From an uncultured delta proteobacterium (GTDB taxonomy: Bacteria; Myxococcota_A; Polyangia; Fen-1088), in contig CAWAKD010000007.1 of NCBI GenBank assembly GCA_963782545.1, forward strand, positions 1,574,026 through 1,638,025: a DNA stretch of 64,000 bases. Direction: 5' to 3'. The position numbers and the translations under genes were made by a program. Shown here in pieces: positions 28,613 to 38,078 of the stretch (the stretch's first letter is position 1; each line of letters starts with the position of its first letter). The notes below the pieces were generated by a model. The model was not told the origin of the DNA. It made no database searches and saw only the letters and a program-made list of their open reading frames with translations.

Positions 28613-28779
28613 GGCTTCACTTGGGATTGTATCCTGAAATGTCCCAGCTTCGCTCCTTTCGTGACGTCGATCAGCTCGGGAACATTTCGTTTTTCCTTAT
28701 GCCGGTGTGAAACTACCCACGAGTCGAGTACCTGTGCAAGTGTTCCCAGGGTCATTCGCGACACAGGCGATAGTAGCAT

Positions 28780-29567
28780 ATGAACCCACATCAACCTACC
28801 GATCTTGTTCGCCCCGCCAAAGTAGTCTGGTGGGAGGTGTCGATCCGGGCTCCGGGGCCGGCGTGACGCGCGATCTGCTGACGGCCGTCGCACTTTCCGC
28901 GCGCCCCGTGGTGGTCGGCACGGCCTGGACCGAACAAGGCTCGCCCTCGGCTTTCGCCGTCGAGCCACGCGCGCCCGACCGAGTGCAGACCGCCCTCGTG
29001 GCCGCCCTGGCGAGAGTCGGCACGACAGGCAGCTGCGTGAAGATCGGAATGGTGGCAACCGAACCCATCGCGCGGGCCATCGCGGCGGCCCTGTCGTCCT
29101 ATCCCGGGCCCGTCGTGTTCGATCCGGTGCTGAGAACATCGCGGGGAGATCCCCTCTACCATGGCGATCGTTCATCGATCCTGGCGCTGGCGCGAAGGTC
29201 GACCGTGCTCACGCCCAACCTGGACGAGGCGGCCTGGCTCCTCGATCGGCCGGTACGCAGCGAATCCGACTCGCGCGCGGCGGCCCGCGACCTGCGCGCC
29301 CTCGGCGTCGCGGCGGTCCTGGTCAAGGGTGGCCACCTCGAAGGCGAAGCGACGGACGTGCTACTCTCGCCCGCTGGGGAGAGTATCTTTTCGAGCCCCC
29401 GCATCGCCGGTCCGAGTCCGCGCGGAACCGGCTGTGCCCTGGCCACCGCCATCGCCGTAGACCTCGCGCGCGGCGAACCCCTCGAACGCGCGGTGGCGTC
29501 GGCCAAGACCTGGCTGACCCAGCACATCGCCGGCGCCCACGCGGTGGGTGGAGAACACCATCTGTGA
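28780..29567 (+). CDS. thiD: Hydroxymethylpyrimidine/phosphomethylpyrimidine kinase; start uncertain (ATG 28780 needs a 1-nt frameshift at ~28826, otherwise GTG 28707)
   Basis: 'GGVDPGSGAGVTRDL', 'VKIGM', 'VFDPVL', 'LTPNLDEA', 'VLVKGGH', 'RGTGCALA'. Confidence 0.85.
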
Positions 29568-29571
29568 CAGG

Positions 29572-31080
29572 TTATTGGCTATACGTCGGCGTCCAACTTC
29601 CGAAGATGTTCGCGAGCGTGTAGCTGGCCGCCTGACTTGCGGTCAGCTGGTACGACGAACGCGACGAGGCGTTGGCGCCGCTGCCCGTGCTGCCATACTC
29701 GTGAAAGCGCGCGTTCTGCGGCTGGTTTCCCGACATCTCCACGAACCCCGCGGCGGCGATGTGCGACCCCAGGTCGGCGTTCAGGAAGGCCGCGAATCCA
29801 TCGGCGCCCCAAGGGCGGGCGAGCGCGACCGAATTCGCCTTCACCGCGGACACCGCCGTGAATTTGCCGCCGAGAAACACGATGCCATAGGCCGTGCTTG
29901 CATCCGTGTTCGGTGCCGAGGTGGCGGAGCCCCCCTCGACGTTGCGCACTTCGCAGTTCTGTAGCACCGCGGTGGCGCCGCCGAACACGTAATCCGTGTT
30001 GCCCTGCACGTAGCAGTCCCTGAAGTACTGCGAGCCGCTGTGCGTGTAGAGCGTGTCCTGATAGCCGACGAAGCGACAATCGAGGAACTGTTGCCGCTGC
30101 CCAGTCGTGCGCAGCGCCACCGCCTGCGAGCCCGAACCATAGGTGTTCTGAATCGTCAAGTTGGCCGCCGAAAAGTCGTTCGCGCTGATGAGGACGCTCG
30201 CGCTGCCGCTCGTGCTGCCCACCGAAGCGTTGCTATCGCCGTAGGACAGGATCGTCGTCGTCGCGCCGGCCCCGACCAAGCACAGGTTGGTACGGCTGGC
30301 GATGGTCAGCTTCTCCGTGTAGGTGCCGGCCTTGATGTCGATGCGCGTGTGCGTGGAGCTGCCGCTCGCGATCGAATTCACGGCCGCTTGCACGGTCGTG
30401 AATTGACCACTGCCGTCCTTCGCCACGGTGATGGTCTGGGTAATTCCCGGGGCACACACCGCGGAGCCACCAGTGCCAGTCGTGCCACCCGCGCTCGTGC
30501 TGCCGCCGCTACCGGGCTTCCCGCCGGTCCCGTTGGCTCCACCCGTGTTCGAGCTGCCGCCAGTGTTCATGCTGCCGCCACCACCACCCGTGCCGCCGGT
30601 CGCGATGGTGCCGCCAGTGCTCGCGCTGCCCCCCGCGTTCGTGCTACCGCCGCTGCCAATCTTGCCGCCGGTTGCGGTTCCGATCCCGCCGTTTCCGCCA
30701 GCTTGCGCGCTATCGGTGCCGCCCTCTCGTCCAGCCGAGCCGTCGGTGCTGATCCAGCCCCCCGTCGAGCTCGCGCCTCCACTGCCTATCGAACCACCGC
30801 TGCTCGACGTGGAACCGCCCGCAGCACCGGCCCCGCCGGTGCTAACACCGCCCGAGCCGCCGCCAGCAGCGCTCCCGCCCGCACCGGCAGCACTCGTGCC
30901 ACCGCCGCCACCCGGTGTCGTAGCTGAGCCGCCAGTCGTCGTGGCACCGCCATTCACGCTGCCACCGCTGCCACCGGAACCGCTCTCGGTCGGGGATGAG
31001 CACGAGGGTGCCACGCAGCAGACCGCGATGACGAGAGGAACCGATTTCCAGGACCCGAAGGTTGACTTGGTTTGGCGCAT
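29572..31080 (-). CDS. Pectin methylesterase (CE8) lipoprotein with a ~180-aa Gly/Ser/Thr linker
   Basis: 'VAKDGSGQFTTVQAAV', 'GTYTE', 'QAVAL', 'QDTLY', 'DYVFG', 'LARPW'. Confidence 0.92.
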   Translation of the reverse strand: MRQTKSTFGSWKSVPLVIAVCCVAPSCSSPTESGSGGSGGSVNGGATTTGGSATTPGGGGGTSAAGAGGSAAGGGSGGVSTGGAGAAGGSTSSSGGSIGSGGASSTGGWISTDGSAGREGGTDSAQAGGNGGIGTATGGKIGSGGSTNAGGSASTGGTIATGGTGGGGGSMNTGGSSNTGGANGTGGKPGSGGSTSAGGTTGTGGSAVCAPGITQTITVAKDGSGQFTTVQAAVNSIASGSSTHTRIDIKAGTYTEKLTIASRTNLCLVGAGATTTILSYGDSNASVGSTSGSASVLISANDFSAANLTIQNTYGSGSQAVALRTTGQRQQFLDCRFVGYQDTLYTHSGSQYFRDCYVQGNTDYVFGGATAVLQNCEVRNVEGGSATSAPNTDASTAYGIVFLGGKFTAVSAVKANSVALARPWGADGFAAFLNADLGSHIAAAGFVEMSGNQPQNARFHEYGSTGSGANASSRSSYQLTASQAASYTLANIFGSWTPTYSQ

Positions 31081-31120
31081 AATTCCACCGCCCAATAATG
31101 TCGCAGCCCGGGCGATTCGA

Positions 31121-32326
31121 TCACCCTCTTTTCCGATCATAAGCTACAGGGCTCGGCCAGTCGCATAGTCTCTCGACCACCGCGCACAGGCTGGCGATGC
31201 GCTGTCCGCCCCTGCCGGCAGTCCAAGGCGGCGGCGGGGCAAGGCCCATTTCGGCCAGACACTCCTCGACCCTGCCGGGGCGGCGAGCGAGCGCTCTGCG
31301 GGCGATCAGGCGCACGTCGAAGTGATGGCTTTCGGCGCAAAATCCCTCGGCGGCCAGGGTCGCGAGCGAGAACCCGCCCCAGCTCGCGAGCACGTCGCTC
31401 GGGCGAAGAAAGGACCGGAAGCGGGTGACGAAGGATTCCCACGACTCGCCCGCGGCCAGGGTCTCGGCGGATAGCCGGATGTGATGGCAGGTCGAGGGAG
31501 CCAGCCGGCGGCGCGGGGCGATCACGGATTCGAACGACTCGCCGCCGGGGATGCGCCTGGCAAGCCAGTGCACGGTTTCGGGAGGACTGCGATCCGGATG
31601 AATGCGCGGCCACGCGTTGGCCTCGCCCTGCACGCACACCACGTCCGCCGGGCGCTGGCGCAGGCGCGTGGGGATGGGATCGCGCGGCGCGCGCTTCATG
31701 GCGGCGACGCGATGGCGGTTGCTCGCGACCTCGGTGACGAAATGAAGCTGGCGCTCGACCATGGCGGCCATGGGCCGCAGCAATTCGTCGAAGCGGCCGG
31801 GATCTTTTTCCAGATAGCCGAGCACGTGGGCGATGGCCTCGATGGTGGCCACGCAGTGGGCGGCAGGCTCCCGGCGGATCTGGCCGTACAGGCTCGGCGC
31901 GCGTGGCGACAGGCGTAGGCGGGGAAGCGCGGCCAGGGCAGGGTTGGTCTTGAGCAGCTTCTGCGCCTGGGTCCAGGTTCCGTCGAGCACCACCAGGGTG
32001 ATGGGCGTCGAAAAGTCCGCCGTCTCGACGTCGATGGCGCCCGGTCCTGGAAACAGGAGGCATGCGTTTCCCGACGCCAGGACTTGGCGCACCACCGGGT
32101 CGCCGCTGAAATCGACGTCGCGACGAAGCTCCGCCCCGGCAAGCCCCAGGCGTGCGAGGCGCGCGGTGCCGATGCCGACGTCGCGTTCGCGCGGATGTTG
32201 CAAAATCACCACCCGGGTCTTGGTCGCGATGGGCGTGAGGCTGGCACAGAAGCAGACCGAGAGCGGCCGGAAGCACCGCTCGCAAACCGGGCGCGGCGGC
32301 CGTGACGGATCCGGATTATTCGACAC
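31121..32326 (-). CDS. DTW-domain tRNA-uridine aminocarboxypropyltransferase (TapT/TuaA-like) fused to a degenerate DEDDh-exonuclease-like domain
   Basis: 'CERCFRPLSVCFC', 'LQHPRE', 'LLFPG', 'LDGTWTQA', 'IRREP', 'TIEA'; ~170-aa extra C-terminal domain; GTG start at 32326 is inferred. Confidence 0.85.
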   Translation of the reverse strand: MSNNPDPSRPPRPVCERCFRPLSVCFCASLTPIATKTRVVILQHPRERDVGIGTARLARLGLAGAELRRDVDFSGDPVVRQVLASGNACLLFPGPGAIDVETADFSTPITLVVLDGTWTQAQKLLKTNPALAALPRLRLSPRAPSLYGQIRREPAAHCVATIEAIAHVLGYLEKDPGRFDELLRPMAAMVERQLHFVTEVASNRHRVAAMKRAPRDPIPTRLRQRPADVVCVQGEANAWPRIHPDRSPPETVHWLARRIPGGESFESVIAPRRRLAPSTCHHIRLSAETLAAGESWESFVTRFRSFLRPSDVLASWGGFSLATLAAEGFCAESHHFDVRLIARRALARRPGRVEECLAEMGLAPPPPWTAGRGGQRIASLCAVVERLCDWPSPVAYDRKRG

Positions 32327-32422
32327 CGAGGACACGGAGCGCACAGAGGCCCGAGAAGAAGGGATTTTCGGATCTCGGATCCGCCCCCCTTCTTCCTCTG
32401 TGTCCTCTGTGTTCTCCCTGTT
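32324..32422. repeat. Long imperfect palindrome (REP-like) built from CACAGAGGA-type 9-mers
   Basis: CACCGAGGACACGGAGCGCACAGAGG...AAGAAGGG [loop] CCCTTCTT CCTCTGTGTCCTCTGTGTTCTCC. Confidence 0.75.
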
Positions 32423-32439
32423 CAATAAGGCCGGCCGCC

Positions 32440-33180
32440 CTACTCGGTTTCCTGATGCTCGTTGATGAGATACTTGGCCACCACCGACTCGACCGGGACG
32501 GCCGAAGGTTCGCCCCGCAAGAGGTGGCCGAGAGCATCGAGATCGGACTTCCAGCCGAGGTCGCCGGTGGCCAGCACGCAGATCCGGCCGCTGTCGTAGG
32601 TGTCGTGGAGCTTGCCGTCCTTGAAGTAGTAGTGGAGCTTGCTCGCCTCGGTCGGATAGGGGTGCATGGCGGGCGGGATGTCGCCGGGCTTGAACCACAG
32701 CTTGATCTCGCGCTCGGCGTCGGCCGCGTTGGCCGAGGCGTGGATGAGGTTGTCCATGCGCTCGCCGAGGACCTTGCCCTCCGAATCCTTGAGCACCTCG
32801 ACCGTGCCCAGCGAACGGATGCAGCCAGGCTGCTTGTCGCGCGCCACGTGCGGGTTGGTGGGGCCGCACAGCTCGCGCACCCTGGCCACGGCGCGCGGGC
32901 CCTGGTACACGACCGCGATCACCCGGCGCTTCCATGGCTCCTTGGCGTAGTGCAGGCGACCCTGGATATAGTCGAGCAGCGAGGGGAAGAAGAACTTACC
33001 GCGATGCTCGGCATAGTGTTCGCTGGCCAGCATGCCGCTGACGTGGACAATCTTCGTCCCCGCGAAACGCAACCCGGTGTGGAACTCGGAGAGCTGCGAC
33101 AGCACGTAGCCGGTCAAGGAGTTCTTGAGGGCGTCGGGCTTGATCAGCACCAGTGTCTGCTCGATATCCTTCTGTTCCAC
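32440..33180 (-). CDS. ndk: Nucleoside-diphosphate kinase, long form (~246 aa)
   Basis: RBS AAGAAAGGA then GTG 33180. 'EQTLVLIKPD', 'HYAEH.GK.FF', 'GPTNP', 'PGCIR', 'NLIHAS...AEREIKLWF'. Confidence 0.9.
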   Translation of the reverse strand: MEQKDIEQTLVLIKPDALKNSLTGYVLSQLSEFHTGLRFAGTKIVHVSGMLASEHYAEHRGKFFFPSLLDYIQGRLHYAKEPWKRRVIAVVYQGPRAVARVRELCGPTNPHVARDKQPGCIRSLGTVEVLKDSEGKVLGERMDNLIHASANAADAEREIKLWFKPGDIPPAMHPYPTEASKLHYYFKDGKLHDTYDSGRICVLATGDLGWKSDLDALGHLLRGEPSAVPVESVVAKYLINEHQETE

Positions 33181-33201
33181 GGATCGGTCCTTTCTTTGGT
33201 G

Positions 33202-33535
33202 ATGGGAACCCTGGGAGGGTTCCCAAACCCTCCCGCGCTCTGGCTTCGGCGAGCATAGCTCGCCTTCGCCTACGCGGGTCATGGGAACCGCCGCCATCAT
33301 ACGGGAACCCTCCAAAGGTTCCCATTCCTTCCCGCGCTCTCGCTCCGCCGAGCATAGCTCGCCTTCGCCTACGCGGGTCATGGGAACCGCCGCCATCATA
33401 CGGGAACCCTCCAAAGGTTCCCATTCCTTCCCGCGCTCTGGCTCCGCCGAGCATAGCTCGCCTTCGCCTACGCGGGTCATGGAATCCCTCGGTCGCTTCC
33501 CAAACCCTCCCGGGCTAACACAGCTCGCCTCGCCG
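33202..33535. repeat. Tandem array of three 99-bp-period structured units plus a degenerate fourth (two hairpins per unit)
   Basis: GGGAACCC starts at 33204, 33303 and 33402. Hairpins are GGGAACC-n7-GGTTCCC and CCCGCG...GAGC-ATA-GCTC...CGCGGG. Confidence 0.9.
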
Positions 33536-33609
33536 GTACGCATCCGACTCTTCGCGCAGCGCGATGCCGGCACTGCGATGAGTCCTGCATTTGCGCCGAA
33601 GACCGAGTC

Positions 33610-34833
33610 CTATTCAGCGTCGTCGGAGGTCTCGACGGTGATTTTCGTCTTCTTGGCGATCATCAGTTCTTCGTTCGTGGGCACGACCCAGGTCGCGATG
33701 CGCGAGCCATCGCGGGTGATGACCTTCTCCTTGGCGTCGGACCCGTTGCGCACCGGATCCAACTCGGCGCCGAGAAAGGCCAGCGGTTCGAGGATCTTCG
33801 CACGCAGGGCAACCGAGTTCTCGCCGATACCGCCGGTGAACACGATGGCGTCCACGCCGCCCATGGCCGCCACGTAAGAGCCGATGTACTTCACGATGCG
33901 ATAGGCGAAGATGTCGAGCGCGAGCTGCGCGCGATGGTTGCCCTCCTCGGCCTTTTCCATGATCTGGCGCATGTCGTTGCTGATGCCGGAAATGCCCTTC
34001 ACGCCGCTCATGTTGTTGAGCAGTCTGTTCATTTCTTGCGGCGACAGCTTCTGCTTGTCCATGATGTGCAGCACCACCGCCGGATCCATATCGCCGGTGC
34101 GCGTGCCCATGACGACGCCCTCGAGCGGCGTCAGTCCCATCGAGGTGTCGAACGAGTGGCCGTTCTTGACCGCGGTGATGCTCGAACCGTTGCCCATGTG
34201 GCAGGTGATGAGGCGGACCTTTTCGAAGTCGCGCTTCATCAGGTCCGCGCAGCGACGGGCGACGTACTCGTGCGAGGTGCCGTGGAAACCGTACTTGCGG
34301 ATGTGGAACTTCTCGTACTGCTCGTACGGCAAGCCGTAGAGAAACACGTGCGGCGGCATCGTCTGGTGAAAGGCGGTGTCGAAAACCGCCACCTGCGGCA
34401 GTCCGGGGAAGATGGTTTCGCAGGCCGTGATGCCGGCCAGGTTGGGCGGGTTGTGCAGCGGCGCGATGGCGATGCACTCCTCGATGGCGGCGCGCACACC
34501 AGGCGTGACCAGCGCGGAGTTCGAGAACTTTTCGCCGCCATGAACCACCCGGTGGCCGACGGCGTCGACCTCGATCTTGCCCTTGAAGAGGCCGTATTCC
34601 GGGTGCAGGAGCGCATCCTTCATCGCGGCCACGGCTTGCGTGTGGTCCTTGGCCACCACCTCGAGCACGATCTTGCTCGGTGCTTTGTGCGTCTTGTAGG
34701 TGAACTTGGATTTTTCGCGCCCGATTTCCTCGACCACGCCCTCGGCCAGCAGGGTCGCGGTATCGACCGTGGGCAGGTCGTAGAGCTTGAACTTGAGCGA
34801 TGAGCTACCGCAATTGACGACCAGGATTCGCAT
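33610..34833 (-). CDS. ackA: Acetate kinase
   Basis: 'ILVVNCGSSSLKF', 'GHRVVHGG', 'APLHNP', 'FDTAFH', 'YGFHGTSH', 'TSMGLTPLEG', 'FTGGIGEN', 'PTNEE'. Confidence 0.97.
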   Translation of the reverse strand: MRILVVNCGSSSLKFKLYDLPTVDTATLLAEGVVEEIGREKSKFTYKTHKAPSKIVLEVVAKDHTQAVAAMKDALLHPEYGLFKGKIEVDAVGHRVVHGGEKFSNSALVTPGVRAAIEECIAIAPLHNPPNLAGITACETIFPGLPQVAVFDTAFHQTMPPHVFLYGLPYEQYEKFHIRKYGFHGTSHEYVARRCADLMKRDFEKVRLITCHMGNGSSITAVKNGHSFDTSMGLTPLEGVVMGTRTGDMDPAVVLHIMDKQKLSPQEMNRLLNNMSGVKGISGISNDMRQIMEKAEEGNHRAQLALDIFAYRIVKYIGSYVAAMGGVDAIVFTGGIGENSVALRAKILEPLAFLGAELDPVRNGSDAKEKVITRDGSRIATWVVPTNEELMIAKKTKITVETSDDAE

Positions 34834-34850
34834 ACTCGCGCCTCCGAAAA

Positions 34851-35858
34851 CTACTTCTGCGCGAATTGCAAACGAACCACGTTGATGGCGATGACGTTGA
34901 GGATGTCGTTCGCCTTGCAGCCTCGCGAGAGATCCGATGATGGTTTGGCCATGCCCTGCAAGATGGGCCCGATGGCCTCGGCCTTGCCGAGGCGCTCGGT
35001 GAGCTTGTAACCGATGTTGCCGGCATCCAGATCCGGGAAGATGAGCACCGTGGCCTTGCCCGCGACGGGAGAGCCCTTGGCCTTCTTCTCGCCGATGGCC
35101 GGGATGAGAGCGGCATCGCCCTGCAATTCGCCGTCGATGCTCAAGTCGGCGCGCCGCTCTTTCGCCAGCGCGGTGGCTTTCGTGACCTTGTCGATGTGCT
35201 CGTGCTTGGCGCTGCCCTTGGTCGAGAAGGACAGCATGGCCACGCGTGGGGGCTCGCCGACGAGGCTGGCGTAGCTGTCGGCGGTCGCGATGGCGATGTC
35301 GGCGAGCTGCTCGGGCGTTGGGTCGATCACCACCGCGCAGTCGGCGAAGAAGAGGATGCCGTCCTTGCCGAAGGATCGATCGGGCGAGATCATGGCGAAG
35401 AAGCTGGACAGGGTCTTCAGGCCCGGCTGCAGCCCGATAATCTGGATGCCGGCGCGGCACACGTCCGCCGTGGTGTAGGTCGCGCCGCCGACGAAGCTCT
35501 CCGCCAGCCCCTTGCGCACCATCATGGCACCGTAGAACAAGGGGTCTTTCATGACTTTCATGGCCTCGCCCTCGGTCATGCCCTTGGCCTTGCGCAACTC
35601 GAAGTAGGTGCCCGCGAAGTCATCGAGATTGGGCGGCGCCGTCATGTCGACCACGTTCACCTTGTCGAGCGAGAGCGACGCCTGGCCCGCGGTCGCCTTG
35701 ATCTTGGCCGGATCTCCCAGGATGGTCACCTCCGCGATCCCGAGCCTGGTCGCCTTGCCGGCGGCCTCGATCACGCGGACGTCCTCGCCCTCCTGGAGAA
35801 CCACTTTCTTGGGGCTCTGTTTCGCCTTGTCGTGGATCTGCTCGATGAACGTGCTCAT
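34851..35858 (-). CDS. pta: Phosphate acetyltransferase (short PTA_PTB form)
   Basis: 'EGED.RV', 'FADCAV', '[11 protein letters not shown]', 'DGELQ.DAA', '[12 protein letters not shown]', 'GPILQG', 'DLSRGC'. Confidence 0.97.
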   Translation of the reverse strand: MSTFIEQIHDKAKQSPKKVVLQEGEDVRVIEAAGKATRLGIAEVTILGDPAKIKATAGQASLSLDKVNVVDMTAPPNLDDFAGTYFELRKAKGMTEGEAMKVMKDPLFYGAMMVRKGLAESFVGGATYTTADVCRAGIQIIGLQPGLKTLSSFFAMISPDRSFGKDGILFFADCAVVIDPTPEQLADIAIATADSYASLVGEPPRVAMLSFSTKGSAKHEHIDKVTKATALAKERRADLSIDGELQGDAALIPAIGEKKAKGSPVAGKATVLIFPDLDAGNIGYKLTERLGKAEAIGPILQGMAKPSSDLSRGCKANDILNVIAINVVRLQFAQK

Positions 35859-36170
35859 GGTGCCAACTCCTCAGGATCTTTGCGCGCGAAATGTGGCTGT
35901 ATTTTATTTCACGAATGCCTTCGCGCGGTCGGGGGGAGAGTAGTCCCGCACACGAGTCAATTCAACCGAGATCTCTACAATTTCAGACCGTGGCGACAGC
36001 AAATCTCCCAACCTACGTCAGGTTGCAAATCGACGTTCCGCCCGTGTGCCCCACCCATCGTCTTGACAGGGGAACTGGGGTTGCGAGGGCGCTCAAGCCT
36101 GCGGAATTCGCCGGTTTCAGCTGCCCGAGTCAATACCTGGCGCGGATGTGCGATCCCCTTCGGGTTCGAG

Positions 36171-36200
36171 AACACCGCTGTCCCGATAACACCGCTGTCC
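36171..36200. promoter_or_regulatory. Perfect 13-bp direct repeat (AACACCGCTGTCC x2, 17-bp period) upstream of pta; candidate regulator site
   Basis: Copies at 36171-36183 and 36188-36200, in the intergenic region ~310 bp upstream of pta. Confidence 0.35.
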
Positions 36201-36251
36201 GCGCAAGACTCGGCGCGGACTTGCGACGAACGGACTCAAAAGGTGGTGATA

Positions 36252-36985
36252 CTACGGAGAAAAACCACCTGCCGGAGCAAGGCAGGAAGCTGGCGGCACC
36301 TTCGGGTCCGTTCAGGTGAATTGCGTCCCAGGTCTGCCCGCCGGCCCCGATCTCGAAATAGTAGTACCCGCCCGTATTCTGCGCCGGCAGGGCTCCGCCG
36401 CAGGTCACGACTGTGCCGTTGACCGTTACTGTTCGAATCCTTTTCGGTAAACGAGTCACAGCCCCAGCCATCCTTCGTGCTGTCGCAGGTGACGAAACAA
36501 AATGCACTGGTCGTGCCGAAGCTAATCTGGCCACTAATGGGAGTGGCATTGGCGCAAGCCGCGGTGGAGACCTCGCCGCCTCCATCTATTTCCATCACCC
36601 CACCGGTGCTGCCACCGCCGTCAATGCTCACCACGCCGCCTGTGCTCACCACGCCGCCCGTGCTCGCCACGCCACCCGTCCTCACCACGCCGCCCGAGGA
36701 AACGACGCCGCCGGTCGAGCCGGTGGTGCCGCCCGCGAAGGGATTGAGGCCGCCGCTGCCGCCGCTGCTCGGAGGCGTGCCGCCACCGTTGCCACCCGTC
36801 CTGGTCGTGGTACCGCCAAATCCAGTCGCACCGCCGCCGCCGGCGGGCACGTTGCCACCCGCGCCGCCGGAGCCGCTGGCGCCACCCGACGCGGCGGACG
36901 TGGCCTGACCCGGCAGGGTAGCGTTGGGATCGGGGCCGCAACCAATCAGAAGAAGCGCTGCTGCGACGAGAACTACTTGGCGCAT
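36252..36985 (-). CDS. Lipoprotein with a Gly-rich linker and a small Cys-containing C-terminal domain; apparent frameshifts at ~36437 and ~36287
   Basis: Lipobox LLIGC. The domain 'FCFVTCD..GWGCDSF' continues in another frame as 'RTVTVNG...GYYYFEIGAG..WDAIH'. The inferred end 'CLAPAGGFSP*' is approximate. Confidence 0.6.
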
Positions 36986-37099
36986 GACAAAATCAGTAAC
37001 ACTCCCTGAATCCAGACTGGGAATCCCATCGCGCCGAGCCGGCGCGATACCCTGTGACAGCCGCAGCTGGCGCATGAAGAACTACCGGTGCACCCCGCT

Positions 37100-37273
37100 T
37101 CAAGAGGCCTTGGCCAGCAGGATCTGGATTCGATCCTTGATCGCCAGCTTCTCCTTCTTGAGCTTGGCGCGCTCGGCCTGTTCTTTGGCGGTCAGCGAAA
37201 GGTGCGCATCGATCGCGGAAAGCGCTTCTTCCAATTCCCTATGACGCTGCTTCAAAGCATCGATTTCGGTCAT
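37100..37273 (-). CDS. YdcH/DUF465 family small coiled-coil protein
   Basis: 'LKQRHRELEE...LKKEKLAIKDRI'. Confidence 0.8.
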   Translation of the reverse strand: MTEIDALKQRHRELEEALSAIDAHLSLTAKEQAERAKLKKEKLAIKDRIQILLAKAS

Positions 37274-37340
37274 CGAATGCATCGATCGTATGCGTCCCAA
37301 GCGGCGGAGTCAACATGGCCGCGCGGGTCGTGGATGTGCG

Positions 37341-38078
37341 CTAGGGCAAAGGCGGGCCCTTTCTGGGACGGGTGATGTCCGGCGGACGACCGTAGCGCGG
37401 TACCGCGGTTTCAAGGTCGTCGTAGTCATGGCGCCGGATGCGAACCAGCGCCAACCGTGCGATCGCGGTCGCGCTCGGTCCTGGCGCCGACGCAGCCACC
37501 CGTGGTTCGCCCAGGGCGGCGCGAAACACCCCTAAATAACGATCCACGCCGCTGCCTCCGGCAAAAAGCTGCCTGCCGGCGGCGGCGCCGGCGACCATCG
37601 CGCAGAGCGCGTCGGGGGCCAAGACCCAATCGCACTCGCCCTGGGGGTGAGGTGTTGTGCCGTCGGTCACACCGTACAGTCGGGCATAGACCTGACCCTT
37701 GCCGGCATCGATACACGGAAGCAAGAGCTCGGCCCCCGGCGATGCGATGGCGAGGTCGCAGGCCAAGGCCTCGAGGGACGACAGCAAGACCAGCGGCAGG
37801 GCAGAGGGAAGCGCCAGGCCCTTGGCGACGGCGAGGCCGACGCGCAGCCCGGTGAAGCTGCCCGGGCCGGCGCCGCACGCGATGGCTCGAAGATCGGCGA
37901 CGGCCACCGAGGCACCGCGCAGAATCTCGTCGCAAAGCCCGAGCAGATTCGCCGAGTGGCGCGCGGCGGTCTTTGCGCGCGCCAAGAGACATTCGCCGGC
38001 GGGCGACACCAGCGCCACCCGCGCCGTGGCCGTCGAGGTGTCGAAGGCAAGCAGAGGGCGTTCCGCAGCGTCCATCAT
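37341..38078 (-). CDS. tsaB: tRNA t6A37 biosynthesis protein TsaB
   Basis: 'LAFDTST', 'HSANLL', 'GPGSFTGLRVG...AKGLA', 'SSLEAL', 'IDA.KGQVY', 'P.Y.R'. Confidence 0.95.
   Translation of the reverse strand: MMDAAERPLLAFDTSTATARVALVSPAGECLLARAKTAARHSANLLGLCDEILRGASVAVADLRAIACGAGPGSFTGLRVGLAVAKGLALPSALPLVLLSSLEALACDLAIASPGAELLLPCIDAGKGQVYARLYGVTDGTTPHPQGECDWVLAPDALCAMVAGAAAGRQLFAGGSGVDRYLGVFRAALGEPRVAASAPGPSATAIARLALVRIRRHDYDDLETAVPRYGRPPDITRPRKGPPLP

Noticed and set aside
28613-28780. TPP riboswitch upstream of thiD
   Set aside because: The conserved CTGAGA and ACCTGA...AATGC...GCG.AGG elements are absent.
33202-33535. CRISPR array
   Set aside because: The units are ~80 bp with identical linkers rather than unique spacers, and there are no cas genes in the window.
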